From NCBI GenBank assembly GCA_016933575.1, contig JAFGAR010000101.1, positions 1-64,000 on the forward strand: 64,000 nt of DNA, written 5' to 3'. Under the pieces are notes generated by a model that had not been told where the DNA came from, did no database searches, and saw nothing but the letters and a program-made list of their open reading frames with translations. Positions 8,704 through 18,743 of the stretch are shown here, in pieces. Numbering within the stretch: the first letter of the stretch is position 1; each line of letters opens with the position of its first letter. Made by a program: the position numbers and the translations under genes. This stretch comes from Candidatus Thorarchaeota archaeon (lineage in GTDB: Archaea; Asgardarchaeota; Thorarchaeia; Thorarchaeales; Thorarchaeaceae).

Positions 8704-10044
8704 GTGTTCTTTATGATTGAGGATATAGTACGGGAAAAATGGACTGCAATCTATTCATTTCTGATAATGGACTTCATTCAGATTCTGTTCGTTTCTATTC
8801 TCTATCTTGATGATACTAACTTGTTTGTTGTTGGATTCAATCCTGGACAGACAAACCCATTGATTTCTGCAAGTCTATTCGTGACAATAGCAGTCATGCA
8901 AATAATCATGTTATATCTCTCAGCTGGGTCAATGCTTCGAAGCCCTGACCTGATTGAATTATATCCTCACTTCAATAAAGAAACTGCTTGGAATAAGAAA
9001 TACACACCTGATGAGATTGTGAAGTGGACAATGGAACTTGCAAAGAAGAGTGAAGTTTCTATCAAGAAGATCTTCTTGATGGTATCACCCCTTCCTAATG
9101 CGTACACCTTTAGTCTTCCTCTTATCGGTTCTATTGTAATTGTGCATAGCAACACGCTTGATGTATTGAACAAAGATGAAGTCCAAGCTATCATTGCTCA
9201 TGAACTTGGTCACATCAAGAATCAGGACTCAATTGTTACTATATTCACTCGCATGCCATCATTCTTTGTCGATATCATCTATCTGTATATCTATATTCGA
9301 CTTGTTCTTGCCATTGCCAATTCTCTCTTGGTAGATGTCGATATTATTGCGACTGGTGTTCGAGCTGCAGTACTCCTCGCATTCATCATCCTCTCCCGTA
9401 TGTTGACATTGTTATCTAAATTCTTCATGCAGAAGGCTTCTCGTTCAGCTGAACTCCTATCTGATTATCATGCTGCCTCAGTAATAGGTTATGAAGCTAC
9501 AATCAATGGTTTGATTCGGTTAGGTCAACGAGTTGAAGCTATCACAGTTCTAGTGGATGAGATTCGTTGGTTAGAGTCTTTGAATCCTGAAAGATCTGGT
9601 CAGATATCTAATGCTGAGCTATTACGGATGATAACTCAATACCCACTTGACGGGATAGATGAACGTAATGCTCGTGAAATCGCTCCCCAAGTCTTTCTAT
9701 CGACCAAGCTTAAAAACTTGAGAGAAGTCTATGGTGTTAGATTGGACGAGGAAGAGGTGAAGAATGCTGTTGAGCCTGCAATCCAACCTCTTCTTAAGAT
9801 GCGTAATGATGCAATACCAACTACTGAGAAATCCCGTGATAAAAAAGTGGTCGATTGGAGGAAAGCTGACTCTGATGGCAATCGTCGATTATCGACTGAG
9901 GAGATTGCTGAACTACTGAAGATGCTACGTTCTCAACCAAAGAAGATGTTGTTTGACATGGAAGTTGGTGTCAATATGCTAATACTCGACCATCCAGATT
10001 TTAGACGTCGTGTTTTATTCATTGCTGATGAGTTCGGTCTGTAG
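8704..10044 (+). CDS. M48 (HtpX/Ste24-like) membrane zinc metalloprotease
   Basis: PNAYT, AHELGH, SRSAELLSD, C-terminal HPDFRRR; TM helices. Confidence 0.88.
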   Translation: MFFMIEDIVREKWTAIYSFLIMDFIQILFVSILYLDDTNLFVVGFNPGQTNPLISASLFVTIAVMQIIMLYLSAGSMLRSPDLIELYPHFNKETAWNKKYTPDEIVKWTMELAKKSEVSIKKIFLMVSPLPNAYTFSLPLIGSIVIVHSNTLDVLNKDEVQAIIAHELGHIKNQDSIVTIFTRMPSFFVDIIYLYIYIRLVLAIANSLLVDVDIIATGVRAAVLLAFIILSRMLTLLSKFFMQKASRSAELLSDYHAASVIGYEATINGLIRLGQRVEAITVLVDEIRWLESLNPERSGQISNAELLRMITQYPLDGIDERNAREIAPQVFLSTKLKNLREVYGVRLDEEEVKNAVEPAIQPLLKMRNDAIPTTEKSRDKKVVDWRKADSDGNRRLSTEEIAELLKMLRSQPKKMLFDMEVGVNMLILDHPDFRRRVLFIADEFGL

Positions 10045-11517
10045 GATAGATTCTTTGCTTGCGAGTTCATTCTCTCTGTCCTCTTCAGCCTGGTTCAATC
10101 CTCTCAGTGTCGAGATAATTGCTGCAATGATGGCTAGGAACGAAAATATAAAGACGCTTGATTGGAAGGCTCTGTTATAACTCTCGAAATAGATCGTTCC
10201 TGATCCGATTCCCCATGGATTGAATGTGAAAAAGAACACACCAAAAACGGTTGTGACCAAGGCGGTGGCTACAGAGAATCCTGTTGTCCTAGCCAGGTTT
10301 GTAAGAGCGCTAACAACCCCCATGTACTTCTTTGGGGCAGCTGTCATGATGAAGTTGCCATTAGCCACGCTGAAGAAGGAAAGCCCTGTACCCATGATTG
10401 CCACTCCAACTCCCATAAGGAGGACATTAGGAACTACAAGTGTGATAAGCAGAAGACCTGCTAGCTCAATAACAAGTCCTACGGTTGTCTGAATGTTAGC
10501 ATTGACTCTCTCTGAAACAAATCCTGCAATTGGTCCCGTTACTGATATCATGACTGGTTGGATAATCAAGAATATACCTGTCATGAATTGATCGAATCCG
10601 ATAGCCTCTTGCAGATAGAATGGCAAGAGAAATGAAATTGGTACAATCGCCATGTATGCAAGTAGTGCTGAAAAAATACTCACTGAGATTTTCCTATCTG
10701 CGAGAACATCGATTGCAATCACTGGTGATTCGAAGGAGCGTTCCCGTAAAATGAAGCCAATGAATGCAAGAAGTGCTCCTCCTATGAATAAGAAGATCAT
10801 GAGACCATTGGTTGAAGTGGCGACAGTGACATAGTAAATGATCAGGAATAGGAATGTAAAGAACAGTCCTGCACCGATAGTATCGAATCGTGTTTCATAG
10901 ACAAGTTCTGTCTTTGGAATGGCATATTGCACAGTGATGAAACCGATAATACCTATTGGAAGATTCACGAGGAAAATGCTCTCCCAACCAAACAGCTGTG
11001 TCAATACTCCACCAAGAACAGGTCCACTTCCAAGAGCCGCAGCAAGTACGACTGAATTCAGACCTATTGCTCTCCCTCTATTTTGAGGAGTTGTGAAATA
11101 CGTCACTAATGCAAGACCATTGGCTGCAATCATTGCAGAACCTAAAGCCTGAAAGACTCGTGCAATGACAAGCATCTCCAAACCTACTGATATTGCGCAA
11201 AAGAATGATCCAGCTATGAACACTAACATTCCAAGCTGGAATATCGTCTTTTTGCCATAACGATCCCCAAATTTGCCCATCAAAGGCATTGATGAGGTTA
11301 GAACAAGGAGGTATGCTACTACAACCCATTGAATAGCATCGATTGTGACTCCGAAACTCATCATCATGGTTACAAGTGACACATTCACAATTGAGGCATC
11401 TAATCCACTGAGAAAGACTCCAAATGAAGTTGCACCTACGACTCTATATGGTCCTGGCATCCACGTATCATTTTGTCCGTCAAGATTTTCGGATTGGTTC
11501 ATTTGTGCCATCATCAC
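10015..11517 (-). CDS. MFS DHA2-type drug efflux transporter (14 TM)
   Basis: LDASIVNVSL, GKFGDRYGKK, ARVFQALG, GPVLGG. Confidence 0.92.
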   Translation of the reverse strand: MMMAQMNQSENLDGQNDTWMPGPYRVVGATSFGVFLSGLDASIVNVSLVTMMMSFGVTIDAIQWVVVAYLLVLTSSMPLMGKFGDRYGKKTIFQLGMLVFIAGSFFCAISVGLEMLVIARVFQALGSAMIAANGLALVTYFTTPQNRGRAIGLNSVVLAAALGSGPVLGGVLTQLFGWESIFLVNLPIGIIGFITVQYAIPKTELVYETRFDTIGAGLFFTFLFLIIYYVTVATSTNGLMIFLFIGGALLAFIGFILRERSFESPVIAIDVLADRKISVSIFSALLAYMAIVPISFLLPFYLQEAIGFDQFMTGIFLIIQPVMISVTGPIAGFVSERVNANIQTTVGLVIELAGLLLITLVVPNVLLMGVGVAIMGTGLSFFSVANGNFIMTAAPKKYMGVVSALTNLARTTGFSVATALVTTVFGVFFFTFNPWGIGSGTIYFESYNRAFQSSVFIFSFLAIIAAIISTLRGLNQAEEDRENELASKESILQTELISNE

Positions 11518-11711
11518 ACTAAGTCGAAGTCAATGTTCCGTTGAGAGTTTTCTCGAAGGTCTGTCAATGCCTTAATTGTTCTTGTGGTGTGTTTGTATAT
11601 TCCCCCAAGAACCAAAATTATTTTCTTATTGTAAGATTGTTCTTGAATTATGTTCGATTGGAGTGCCTTGATATAACAAAATGGCAGTAGTAAAATAGAT
11701 TATCATTCTTA

Positions 11712-12482
11712 CTATTCTCTTCTCTTGTTAATTTCGTGGAACTGCCTGCTTATCATGAAGAAGATAAAGGTTGTAAACAACAGCACAACCACACTAATGA
11801 TTGGGTCTACTGGATAGGTAGAAATCCCAAGCCCCAATCGAATCAGAATCAGAGTGTGTGTTAATGGCGAGAACAGTGAGGCGATCTGACCCCAAAAAGG
11901 CAGAGTTTCAATAGGAATGAAAATACCACTTATGAACAAAAGCGGGATTCGTACAAAGTTCATTGGCATCATTATGTTGCCTACACTCTCAGTCGGAACA
12001 CTTGCAAACATGATTCCCATTGTAGCGAACGCCATACAAGAAAGGAGAACTCCAAGTGCAAACATTAGGAAGTCTACAATCTGTAATGAAAAGAACACCC
12101 ATCCAACAATAAGAGGCACGATTGAAACAAGTAGACCGAATACAACTCCTGCAAAGGATTTTCCTAGTATTACTGATGACAATGACATCGGAGAGGATAG
12201 ATATCTGTCAAAGGTTTTTGTTCTACGTTCGAGAGGAATCACAACTGGTCCGACAGTAGAGGCAGCCCAGAAAACAGTCTGTGAAAAGAGGACTGGCATC
12301 ATCTGAGCAATAGTGAGATTTCTTCCTACTGTAAAGGTGAAGAACAAGGCAAAGGGGAACATGACTCCAAACATCAAAGTTGGCGGGGAAAGATAGTATA
12401 CTTTGATGTCCTTCCATCCAATTGCCCATGCGCGTGTTATCTCCTTTCGAAGTCGAAGAAATTTACTACTACTCTGCGACAC
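11712..12482 (-). CDS. ABC-2 type exporter permease
   Basis: ERRTKTFDRYLSSP, ISGIFIP...LP, SPLTH; downstream of an ATPase gene. Confidence 0.9.
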   Translation of the reverse strand: MSQSSSKFLRLRKEITRAWAIGWKDIKVYYLSPPTLMFGVMFPFALFFTFTVGRNLTIAQMMPVLFSQTVFWAASTVGPVVIPLERRTKTFDRYLSSPMSLSSVILGKSFAGVVFGLLVSIVPLIVGWVFFSLQIVDFLMFALGVLLSCMAFATMGIMFASVPTESVGNIMMPMNFVRIPLLFISGIFIPIETLPFWGQIASLFSPLTHTLILIRLGLGISTYPVDPIISVVVLLFTTFIFFMISRQFHEINKRRE

Positions 12483-12484
12483 TT

Positions 12485-13465
12485 CTACTTACCCCCTCTA
12501 TTCTGTTTCATTCCGCCCATTTGCGATTTTCCTCTCTGCACAATCTGTTCACCTGTGATCTCTAGGAAAACATCTTCAAGTGATGGCCCAAGTGTGTTAA
12601 CAGTCAGTAGTTTGAGGTCATGATGCTGTGCTAGTGTAAAAATCTCTGCGAGTGCTTCTGGAGGACTATGTGTGAATATCCAAAATTTATCCCCCTGTTT
12701 TTGAACACTACTGACAGTTCTTAGTTCTTCCATCTTTTCCTTCAATGAATCAAGCTGTCTATCAAAGGCGACCTCAATGGAATGCATCTTGTTCATTGCC
12801 TGCTTGAGTTCTTCTGGAGAGCCAATTGTACCTATTCGCCCTTGATTTATGATCGCAATTCTAGAACAGAGTTCGTTTGCCTCTGCCATGTTATGCGTTG
12901 TCAGGAAGATTGTGGTGCCTTCTGCATTAAGTTCACGAATAAGTTCCCGTATTCTCCTAACGCTTTGAACATCAAGTGCAGTAGTGGGTTCATCAAGGAA
13001 GAGAACATCTGCATCATTTATCAAAGCCATAGCTATGGTCAGGCGTCGTTTCATTCCACCCGAGAATTCTCTGACATTATCCTTGCGCACCTCCAAGAGA
13101 CCGAACATCTCAAGTAATTCTTCTGCTTTCTGTTCTCTCTTCTGTCTACTGAGGCCGTACAGCTTTCCTGTAAAGATGAGATTATCCCATGCGGAGAGGT
13201 CATTGTAGACGTTAGAGAGATCTGTGACAACACCCATTCGTTCTTTGGCAGCAAATGAATGAATCTCATGATCCATTATCGTAGCTGTCCCAGTTGTTGG
13301 AGTTGATATTCCTGTTAACATTCGGGTAGTTGTGGTCTTCCCTGCTCCATTAGGACCGAGGAATCCAAACACCTCGCCTTGTTCTACGTTGAAACTGATG
13401 TGGTCAACTGCAGTGAAATCCCCAAACATCTTGGTAAGGTCAGTCACAGATATCGCATGAGTCAT
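12485..13465 (-). CDS. ABC transporter ATP-binding protein (DrrA-like)
   Basis: GPNGAGKTT, FSGGM, LFLDEPT, TTH. Confidence 0.95.
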   Translation of the reverse strand: MTHAISVTDLTKMFGDFTAVDHISFNVEQGEVFGFLGPNGAGKTTTTRMLTGISTPTTGTATIMDHEIHSFAAKERMGVVTDLSNVYNDLSAWDNLIFTGKLYGLSRQKREQKAEELLEMFGLLEVRKDNVREFSGGMKRRLTIAMALINDADVLFLDEPTTALDVQSVRRIRELIRELNAEGTTIFLTTHNMAEANELCSRIAIINQGRIGTIGSPEELKQAMNKMHSIEVAFDRQLDSLKEKMEELRTVSSVQKQGDKFWIFTHSPPEALAEIFTLAQHHDLKLLTVNTLGPSLEDVFLEITGEQIVQRGKSQMGGMKQNRGGK

Positions 13466-13588
13466 AGTCCGCGAACAGGAGTTGCTTCTGATAAATGTAG
13501 TCAAGATGTGATGATATATGCTAATTCTTCGTCATTAATCAAAGACTGGTAGTAGCTACGAGTTTCTTATTCAAGAGAAAGAAATCTG

Positions 13589-13651
13589 GGCGTGGAACGC
13601 AGATGTAGGTCAGTAGCACCAGTGAGAGACTGAGTATCTGCATTCCACACC
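13589..13651 (-). other. long RNA hairpin (terminator or structured UTR)
   Basis: 16-bp stem GGUGUGGAAUGCAGAU/AUCUGCGUUCCACGCC with two G-U pairs on the minus strand, inner UCAGU/ACUGA stem, U-rich stretch downstream. Confidence 0.65.
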
Positions 13652-13685
13652 TTCTTACTCTATTAGCTATTTCTGATTTGGTTGC

Positions 13686-16600
13686 TTATGATTGGTGTCT
13701 TTTATGTTGTACTATCTTAATTACTGCAAAGAGAATTATGATAGTAGATGCACCTATCACAAATCCATAATCTCGGAGGAGTGAGTTCAGTACATGAGAT
13801 ATCACACCGAAACCAACTGGATTATCAACCAAATATTCGAGTTCTACAGATGCAGTATTTCCAGCTCCATCACTTACCTCGAAAGTTAGTGTGTGCAATC
13901 CATTCTCCACTGTTGCTGAACTCCAATTGACTACAGCTGGAGAGATTGTCGATGTGAATACCTCTACTCCATCAACTGACATGACAATCTCTGCTAAGCC
14001 GCTTCCTTCATCGGAACCTGTTATGGTGAACTGAATGAAATCAGTCAATGCCTGAGTCGTAGGAGGTCCTAGGACGCTGAGTGTTGGTAGCTGGATGTCA
14101 TCAACAACATAAGACAATGGTGACATAGAAGATGCAATCCCATATGTGTCATATGCAACGACCCAATACTGGACAGTCGTGTCCCAGTCCGCAGCAGGAA
14201 TCTGACCGATGTAGAGTGCTCCTGAGCGAGTCATGACCACTTCTTGAATGGGAAGTGTACCAAATCTGTAGAATAGGGTCACATTGTCTACTCCCGAGAT
14301 GTCAGTCACTGCCACGGTAACACTAACGGGTTCATCATATACGGGATGACTCGGATTGATCAATACCGTCGAGAGAACTGGAGGTGCAATGTCATTTTGA
14401 ACATCGATGATTACACTGTCACTCTGTTGCATGCTTGCACCATCATATGCGATAGCTGTTACAGTATGTGAACCATTCCCCACAGACCTTGAGTTCCAGA
14501 AGTATTCATAGGGCTCAGAATAATCCGTATTGATTAGACTTGTGCCAACATAGAATTCAACGTAGTGAATGCCACTGCCTACATCCTCAGCATCTGCTAA
14601 GAAATGCACCGAGTCTGACACAATTGCAGCAGCTTCTGGAAGGCTAAGATTGATAATCGGAGCGATATTATCATCGATGAAGTATGAATAATATACACCT
14701 CCATTATCATCAATCTCCGTCTGCCCACACCAGTCTATAGCTTCAATGTAATATAGCATCGTTATCCCATAGTCATGAGCTGGAATCCACCCCTCATAGA
14801 GACCTGGTCCTACCTCAATCGTCGAGTATTCATCCCATATTGAGCCGCCATTAGATGAGGCATGAATACTCACCTCCCTTACTCCTGCAAGATTGTCTGT
14901 TGCAGCAGTAGCTATCTGAACTGCCTCGTAGTACAGTGCTGGTGATGTCACTGTATTCACCCAGAGTATCTCTGGAGGAATTGCATCCACGAAGTCCATG
15001 TCATCATATATGACAGATATCTCGCCTCCACCAGTTGCATATGCATATACTTGGACACGAGTCATATTCCATGTTTTTGCCCCAAAGACAGCATCAAGGT
15101 CGTGTGTAATATTTCTCTCTACATTATACCAAATATCAGTTGTATTGAAACCTTGGACAAGGTAGAAAGCTGAATTAGAGTTGTTCACGAAGGATGCCTG
15201 TTGGGCACCTATAATATAGTAAAGATAGTAGAGGTTATCGAATGTTAATTGGATATATGAGTAAGCTGCTCCACTACCCTCAATCCTATCAAGTTTCCAC
15301 CAGAAATCAGTGAAAACACTATTATCGATCGGTGTGAACATATATCTCTCAAGACCAGTTGTTGTACTACCATATGCAGTGAGGTTTGCTGCCCAGTTCC
15401 CTGTATGTGCATCTCTTGTCTGATTCCTATATGGATAACCAGAACCAGTAGGAGACCATCCTGTTATCGTTGTATAGCTGTCCCAGTACCAATCCTCTTC
15501 AAAACCAGGATCTGCGGTGGGATAGGTCAGCACTTTGAAGTCATCTACTAATTGTGTAACTGTTGAGTTGGCATACTCTCCGGAATAGACATAGATATTC
15601 ATATTATAGATTGACATATTGTACATTCTAACTTGGTCGATGCATTCGAATAAATCAAAAGTACTGTGTATCCATTCATTCTGAGTGTTGAAACCATTTG
15701 CGTACATGTAGGTAGAATATGTATTATTCGAAGGCAAAGATGCTGTTTCAGATGCTAAGTAGTAGTAAATCTCATGATAGATTGAATTATTTTGGAGACT
15801 TACAGAGAAATACGACTGTTGCTGAGAACCACCATTTTGCGTGCCAGTGTATTTCCAATCGAACTCCACAACACATGTTCCTGCACTTCGGGCAAAGATA
15901 CCTGCTGGCCAATTAAAGTACTGACCTACGTACACATTAGCTGAGAAATCGTCTCCAAGAGCCCATGCTGTCAGATTCGTAGATTGGCTACCTTCAGTGC
16001 AGTCCGGGGATGGTGTTACTTCTGCAACTCCTTCACTTTGTCCACCCCAATAGCTTCCACTGGGGCTTTCAAAATTGCCGTTATTAATATATTCAGTAAC
16101 TCCCTCATCTTTGATGCTTACATCATCAATTGTCATCGATGTAATAGTTTCAGCACCATATTGCCCGTTAACACGGAAATAGATTGCCCAAACAAACACT
16201 CCTGAAGCGGAGCCAAATACAGACTGGTAATCCGCAATAATGTCTCTATTTAGATTGTTCCATGTCATCAGCGAGCTGTTGAGCATAAAGTATGCATAGT
16301 TGGTCTGATTCGTGCGGGAAATATCAGATCCGTAAGACAAGTAATAATACAAATATTTACTTCCGCTTGGGCTTGAGAGGTACAGGTATGTATAGATGTG
16401 TCCATTTTGTCCAATGCCTGGATTCGAGTCAATGTAATAGTAGGCATCAAGGGTCAGTGAATTCGTCAAATCTGGGTATGTTGAGAGCCAATTCGAAGTA
16501 CTGACATCACTACCAAATTGTGATGTTGGCTTAACTTCCATATAACATGACTGAAGTCCTCCATGAACATTTGCTGTGTATGTCCGGTTGACGAGTCTGT

Positions 16601-16847
16601 AGTATGACCCCCAGCAGCTCCAATCATCTGGTGCACCGTGTGAATCGTTTTTCTCAAAACCTTGATTCCTGATGATGTTCGTTACCAGCGAATTCTCGCG
16701 TCTCTCGTCTGATGTAAGGCTGTCGACCTGTTTCGCGATTGGAGCCGCCAAAGTTTCTTCATAGGCTAGTAGTCCAGTCCCGCCAAACAGAGCAAATGCC
16801 TGAACGATCAGCACAAATAGAAAAAGAATCGATGCGTGCTTCTTCAA
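13686..16847 (-). CDS. large membrane-anchored surface protein, paralog 1 (3 jelly-roll/CBM-like repeats + Ig-like domains + C-terminal TM)
   Basis: signal-like N-terminus (TTG start after GGAGG); NQGFE/NGNFE/DPGFE repeat starts; D..G...VEFYV..YEYFWNS Ig-like units; terminal TM followed by basic residues. Confidence 0.8.
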   Translation of the reverse strand: MKKHASILFLFVLIVQAFALFGGTGLLAYEETLAAPIAKQVDSLTSDERRENSLVTNIIRNQGFEKNDSHGAPDDWSCWGSYYRLVNRTYTANVHGGLQSCYMEVKPTSQFGSDVSTSNWLSTYPDLTNSLTLDAYYYIDSNPGIGQNGHIYTYLYLSSPSGSKYLYYYLSYGSDISRTNQTNYAYFMLNSSLMTWNNLNRDIIADYQSVFGSASGVFVWAIYFRVNGQYGAETITSMTIDDVSIKDEGVTEYINNGNFESPSGSYWGGQSEGVAEVTPSPDCTEGSQSTNLTAWALGDDFSANVYVGQYFNWPAGIFARSAGTCVVEFDWKYTGTQNGGSQQQSYFSVSLQNNSIYHEIYYYLASETASLPSNNTYSTYMYANGFNTQNEWIHSTFDLFECIDQVRMYNMSIYNMNIYVYSGEYANSTVTQLVDDFKVLTYPTADPGFEEDWYWDSYTTITGWSPTGSGYPYRNQTRDAHTGNWAANLTAYGSTTTGLERYMFTPIDNSVFTDFWWKLDRIEGSGAAYSYIQLTFDNLYYLYYIIGAQQASFVNNSNSAFYLVQGFNTTDIWYNVERNITHDLDAVFGAKTWNMTRVQVYAYATGGGEISVIYDDMDFVDAIPPEILWVNTVTSPALYYEAVQIATAATDNLAGVREVSIHASSNGGSIWDEYSTIEVGPGLYEGWIPAHDYGITMLYYIEAIDWCGQTEIDDNGGVYYSYFIDDNIAPIINLSLPEAAAIVSDSVHFLADAEDVGSGIHYVEFYVGTSLINTDYSEPYEYFWNSRSVGNGSHTVTAIAYDGASMQQSDSVIIDVQNDIAPPVLSTVLINPSHPVYDEPVSVTVAVTDISGVDNVTLFYRFGTLPIQEVVMTRSGALYIGQIPAADWDTTVQYWVVAYDTYGIASSMSPLSYVVDDIQLPTLSVLGPPTTQALTDFIQFTITGSDEGSGLAEIVMSVDGVEVFTSTISPAVVNWSSATVENGLHTLTFEVSDGAGNTASVELEYLVDNPVGFGVISHVLNSLLRDYGFVIGASTIIILFAVIKIVQHKRHQS

Positions 16848-16966
16848 TTCTAAGATATATGCCTCCTGCAATTTCAAGATGAATTTCTTCTCTGGCATCA
16901 AATCCAGCAAATACCAAGAGATATATATTATGGTTTCAATTGACAGTTTTCCATCGACTCGTTTAA

Positions 16967-17842
16967 TTAGAACTGCTCTAACGCTCCTTTTGCCCGTACA
17001 TATCGTTCAGTGTATCTGAACATTAGCAAGCCAAAGATGAAAAAGATGATATCAAGAACAATTAAGGTCACCACTGCCTGAACTACACCTTGGTATGCAA
17101 GACCGTTCATCAGAAAACCTCTGAAACCTTCTACGCTCCATGTAAGTGGTGATGCCATCCCGATGTATTGAAGTACTGGGGGCAACACCGAGAGAGGATA
17201 TGCCATCGGTGCAACAAGAATCAGTCCACTTGAGATGAACTCAACAATCATCCATCCCTGTTTTGCTAACAGGACAACGCAAGTCACTGCGAAAGCTATA
17301 CCCTGCAAGCCGAATATGGCCAGGGCAATGATTCCTAAGGCTGGTATGATACCCCATACATCGATGGTCACACCAAAGAAGACGATGGCTGCACCAAGTT
17401 GTAAAATTACTCCTAAACCACCGTGCTGCAAATTATGAAGCATCGATCCCCAGACAAGGGTACTCCTCTCCATGGGAGTGCTCATGAGGGTCTCTAACGT
17501 TCCTGAGTTCTGCTCTCGTCTCAAGGAGAATCCTGTTCCCCACATGAGACTGATGGTCAGACCCAAGATCGATGTTCCCACTGCTATGTAGGTGACCCAA
17601 TCGCGAGTGCCAGCAAGATCATTGAGTACCGTAGACTCTGCTCCACCAGCTACTGCTGAACCGGTTATGAGCATTGGAATGAACCACAGGAAAGGCATGA
17701 CCACAAACCAGAGGACACTCAATGGATAGCTCAATTCTATCTTCCAGATGTTAATTGAGATGGCCCATGCTGCCCTAGCCTCGGCTAGAAAACCTCCGCG
17801 TCCCCAAAGCCTCTTGAATGATTCTGTTTTTTGATGTTCCAA
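16967..17842 (-). CDS. ABC-2 type exporter permease
   Basis: REQNSGTLETLMSTP, YPLSVLP, SPLTW. Confidence 0.9.
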   Translation of the reverse strand: MEHQKTESFKRLWGRGGFLAEARAAWAISINIWKIELSYPLSVLWFVVMPFLWFIPMLITGSAVAGGAESTVLNDLAGTRDWVTYIAVGTSILGLTISLMWGTGFSLRREQNSGTLETLMSTPMERSTLVWGSMLHNLQHGGLGVILQLGAAIVFFGVTIDVWGIIPALGIIALAIFGLQGIAFAVTCVVLLAKQGWMIVEFISSGLILVAPMAYPLSVLPPVLQYIGMASPLTWSVEGFRGFLMNGLAYQGVVQAVVTLIVLDIIFFIFGLLMFRYTERYVRAKGALEQF

Positions 17843-17843
17843 C

Positions 17844-18743
17844 TTAGAATCCTCCCATACTACCTCTGTCCTTAGTCCATCTCTCGCCCCATCTGAATGA
17901 TAGAATACCTATGACCCAGAAAGCAATCACTAAGGCAAGCATTGCAAGAAATGCCTGAATAAATGAGATTGGTTCAAACATTCCTGTAATCGCTAGTTCT
18001 CTGATTGTGATGATTGCTATCGTCGATGGTACAAGGACTGCTGCATATCTTACAGTGCTAGGCAACGCCTGTAGGGGATATGTTATGGGTGATAGTACAT
18101 AGGTGATGTTCGATATCAACTCTGTCAGTACGCTCGGGTCTTTGAAGACTAGGATGAGCCCTGCAATCAGGAAACTGAATCCATAGAGTCCAAAGACCAT
18201 CATTGTCAACATGACTATTATAGGTGCCACCATTGTGATAGCATAGGTCACTCCAAAGAGCCATGAAGAGATGATCAGCAGGACTGATGCGGAGAACGTG
18301 CATTGAATCGTGTCAGAGAATGCAGCTCCCACTAGAATGCTGATTCTTGGCACAGGGGTCACGAAGAGTGGTTCCAGTGTGCCTGAGAATTGCTCCCAAC
18401 GAAAATTGTTGCCCACTGACCAGATGCTCTTATCCACATACTGATAGACAAAGACCGCAATGACAGAGAATGTGATGAAGTCATCAAAGCCAGAGAGCTC
18501 CGTGAACGACTGACTTGTCCCCGGTCCTGCGATTGCTATCATCATCAGGAGGTATGGTGCATACCACAGGAGTGGCAAGATTCCCCAGATGAGGAAATTG
18601 GCTGGGTAACGAATAGCAATCCTGAGGTTCTTCGTGGCAAAAACTCTGGCCGCAGTCCAGTCCATAAACCTTGGTTGGAAAGTTGTCAGGTATGGGGTCT
18701 CTTGATGCCGACTCTCTGAAATAATAGACTCTACTACTGTCAA
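17844..18743 (-). CDS. ABC-2 type exporter permease
   Basis: WEQFSGTLEPLFVTP, YPLQALP. Confidence 0.9.
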   Translation of the reverse strand: MTVVESIISESRHQETPYLTTFQPRFMDWTAARVFATKNLRIAIRYPANFLIWGILPLLWYAPYLLMMIAIAGPGTSQSFTELSGFDDFITFSVIAVFVYQYVDKSIWSVGNNFRWEQFSGTLEPLFVTPVPRISILVGAAFSDTIQCTFSASVLLIISSWLFGVTYAITMVAPIIVMLTMMVFGLYGFSFLIAGLILVFKDPSVLTELISNITYVLSPITYPLQALPSTVRYAAVLVPSTIAIITIRELAITGMFEPISFIQAFLAMLALVIAFWVIGILSFRWGERWTKDRGSMGGF

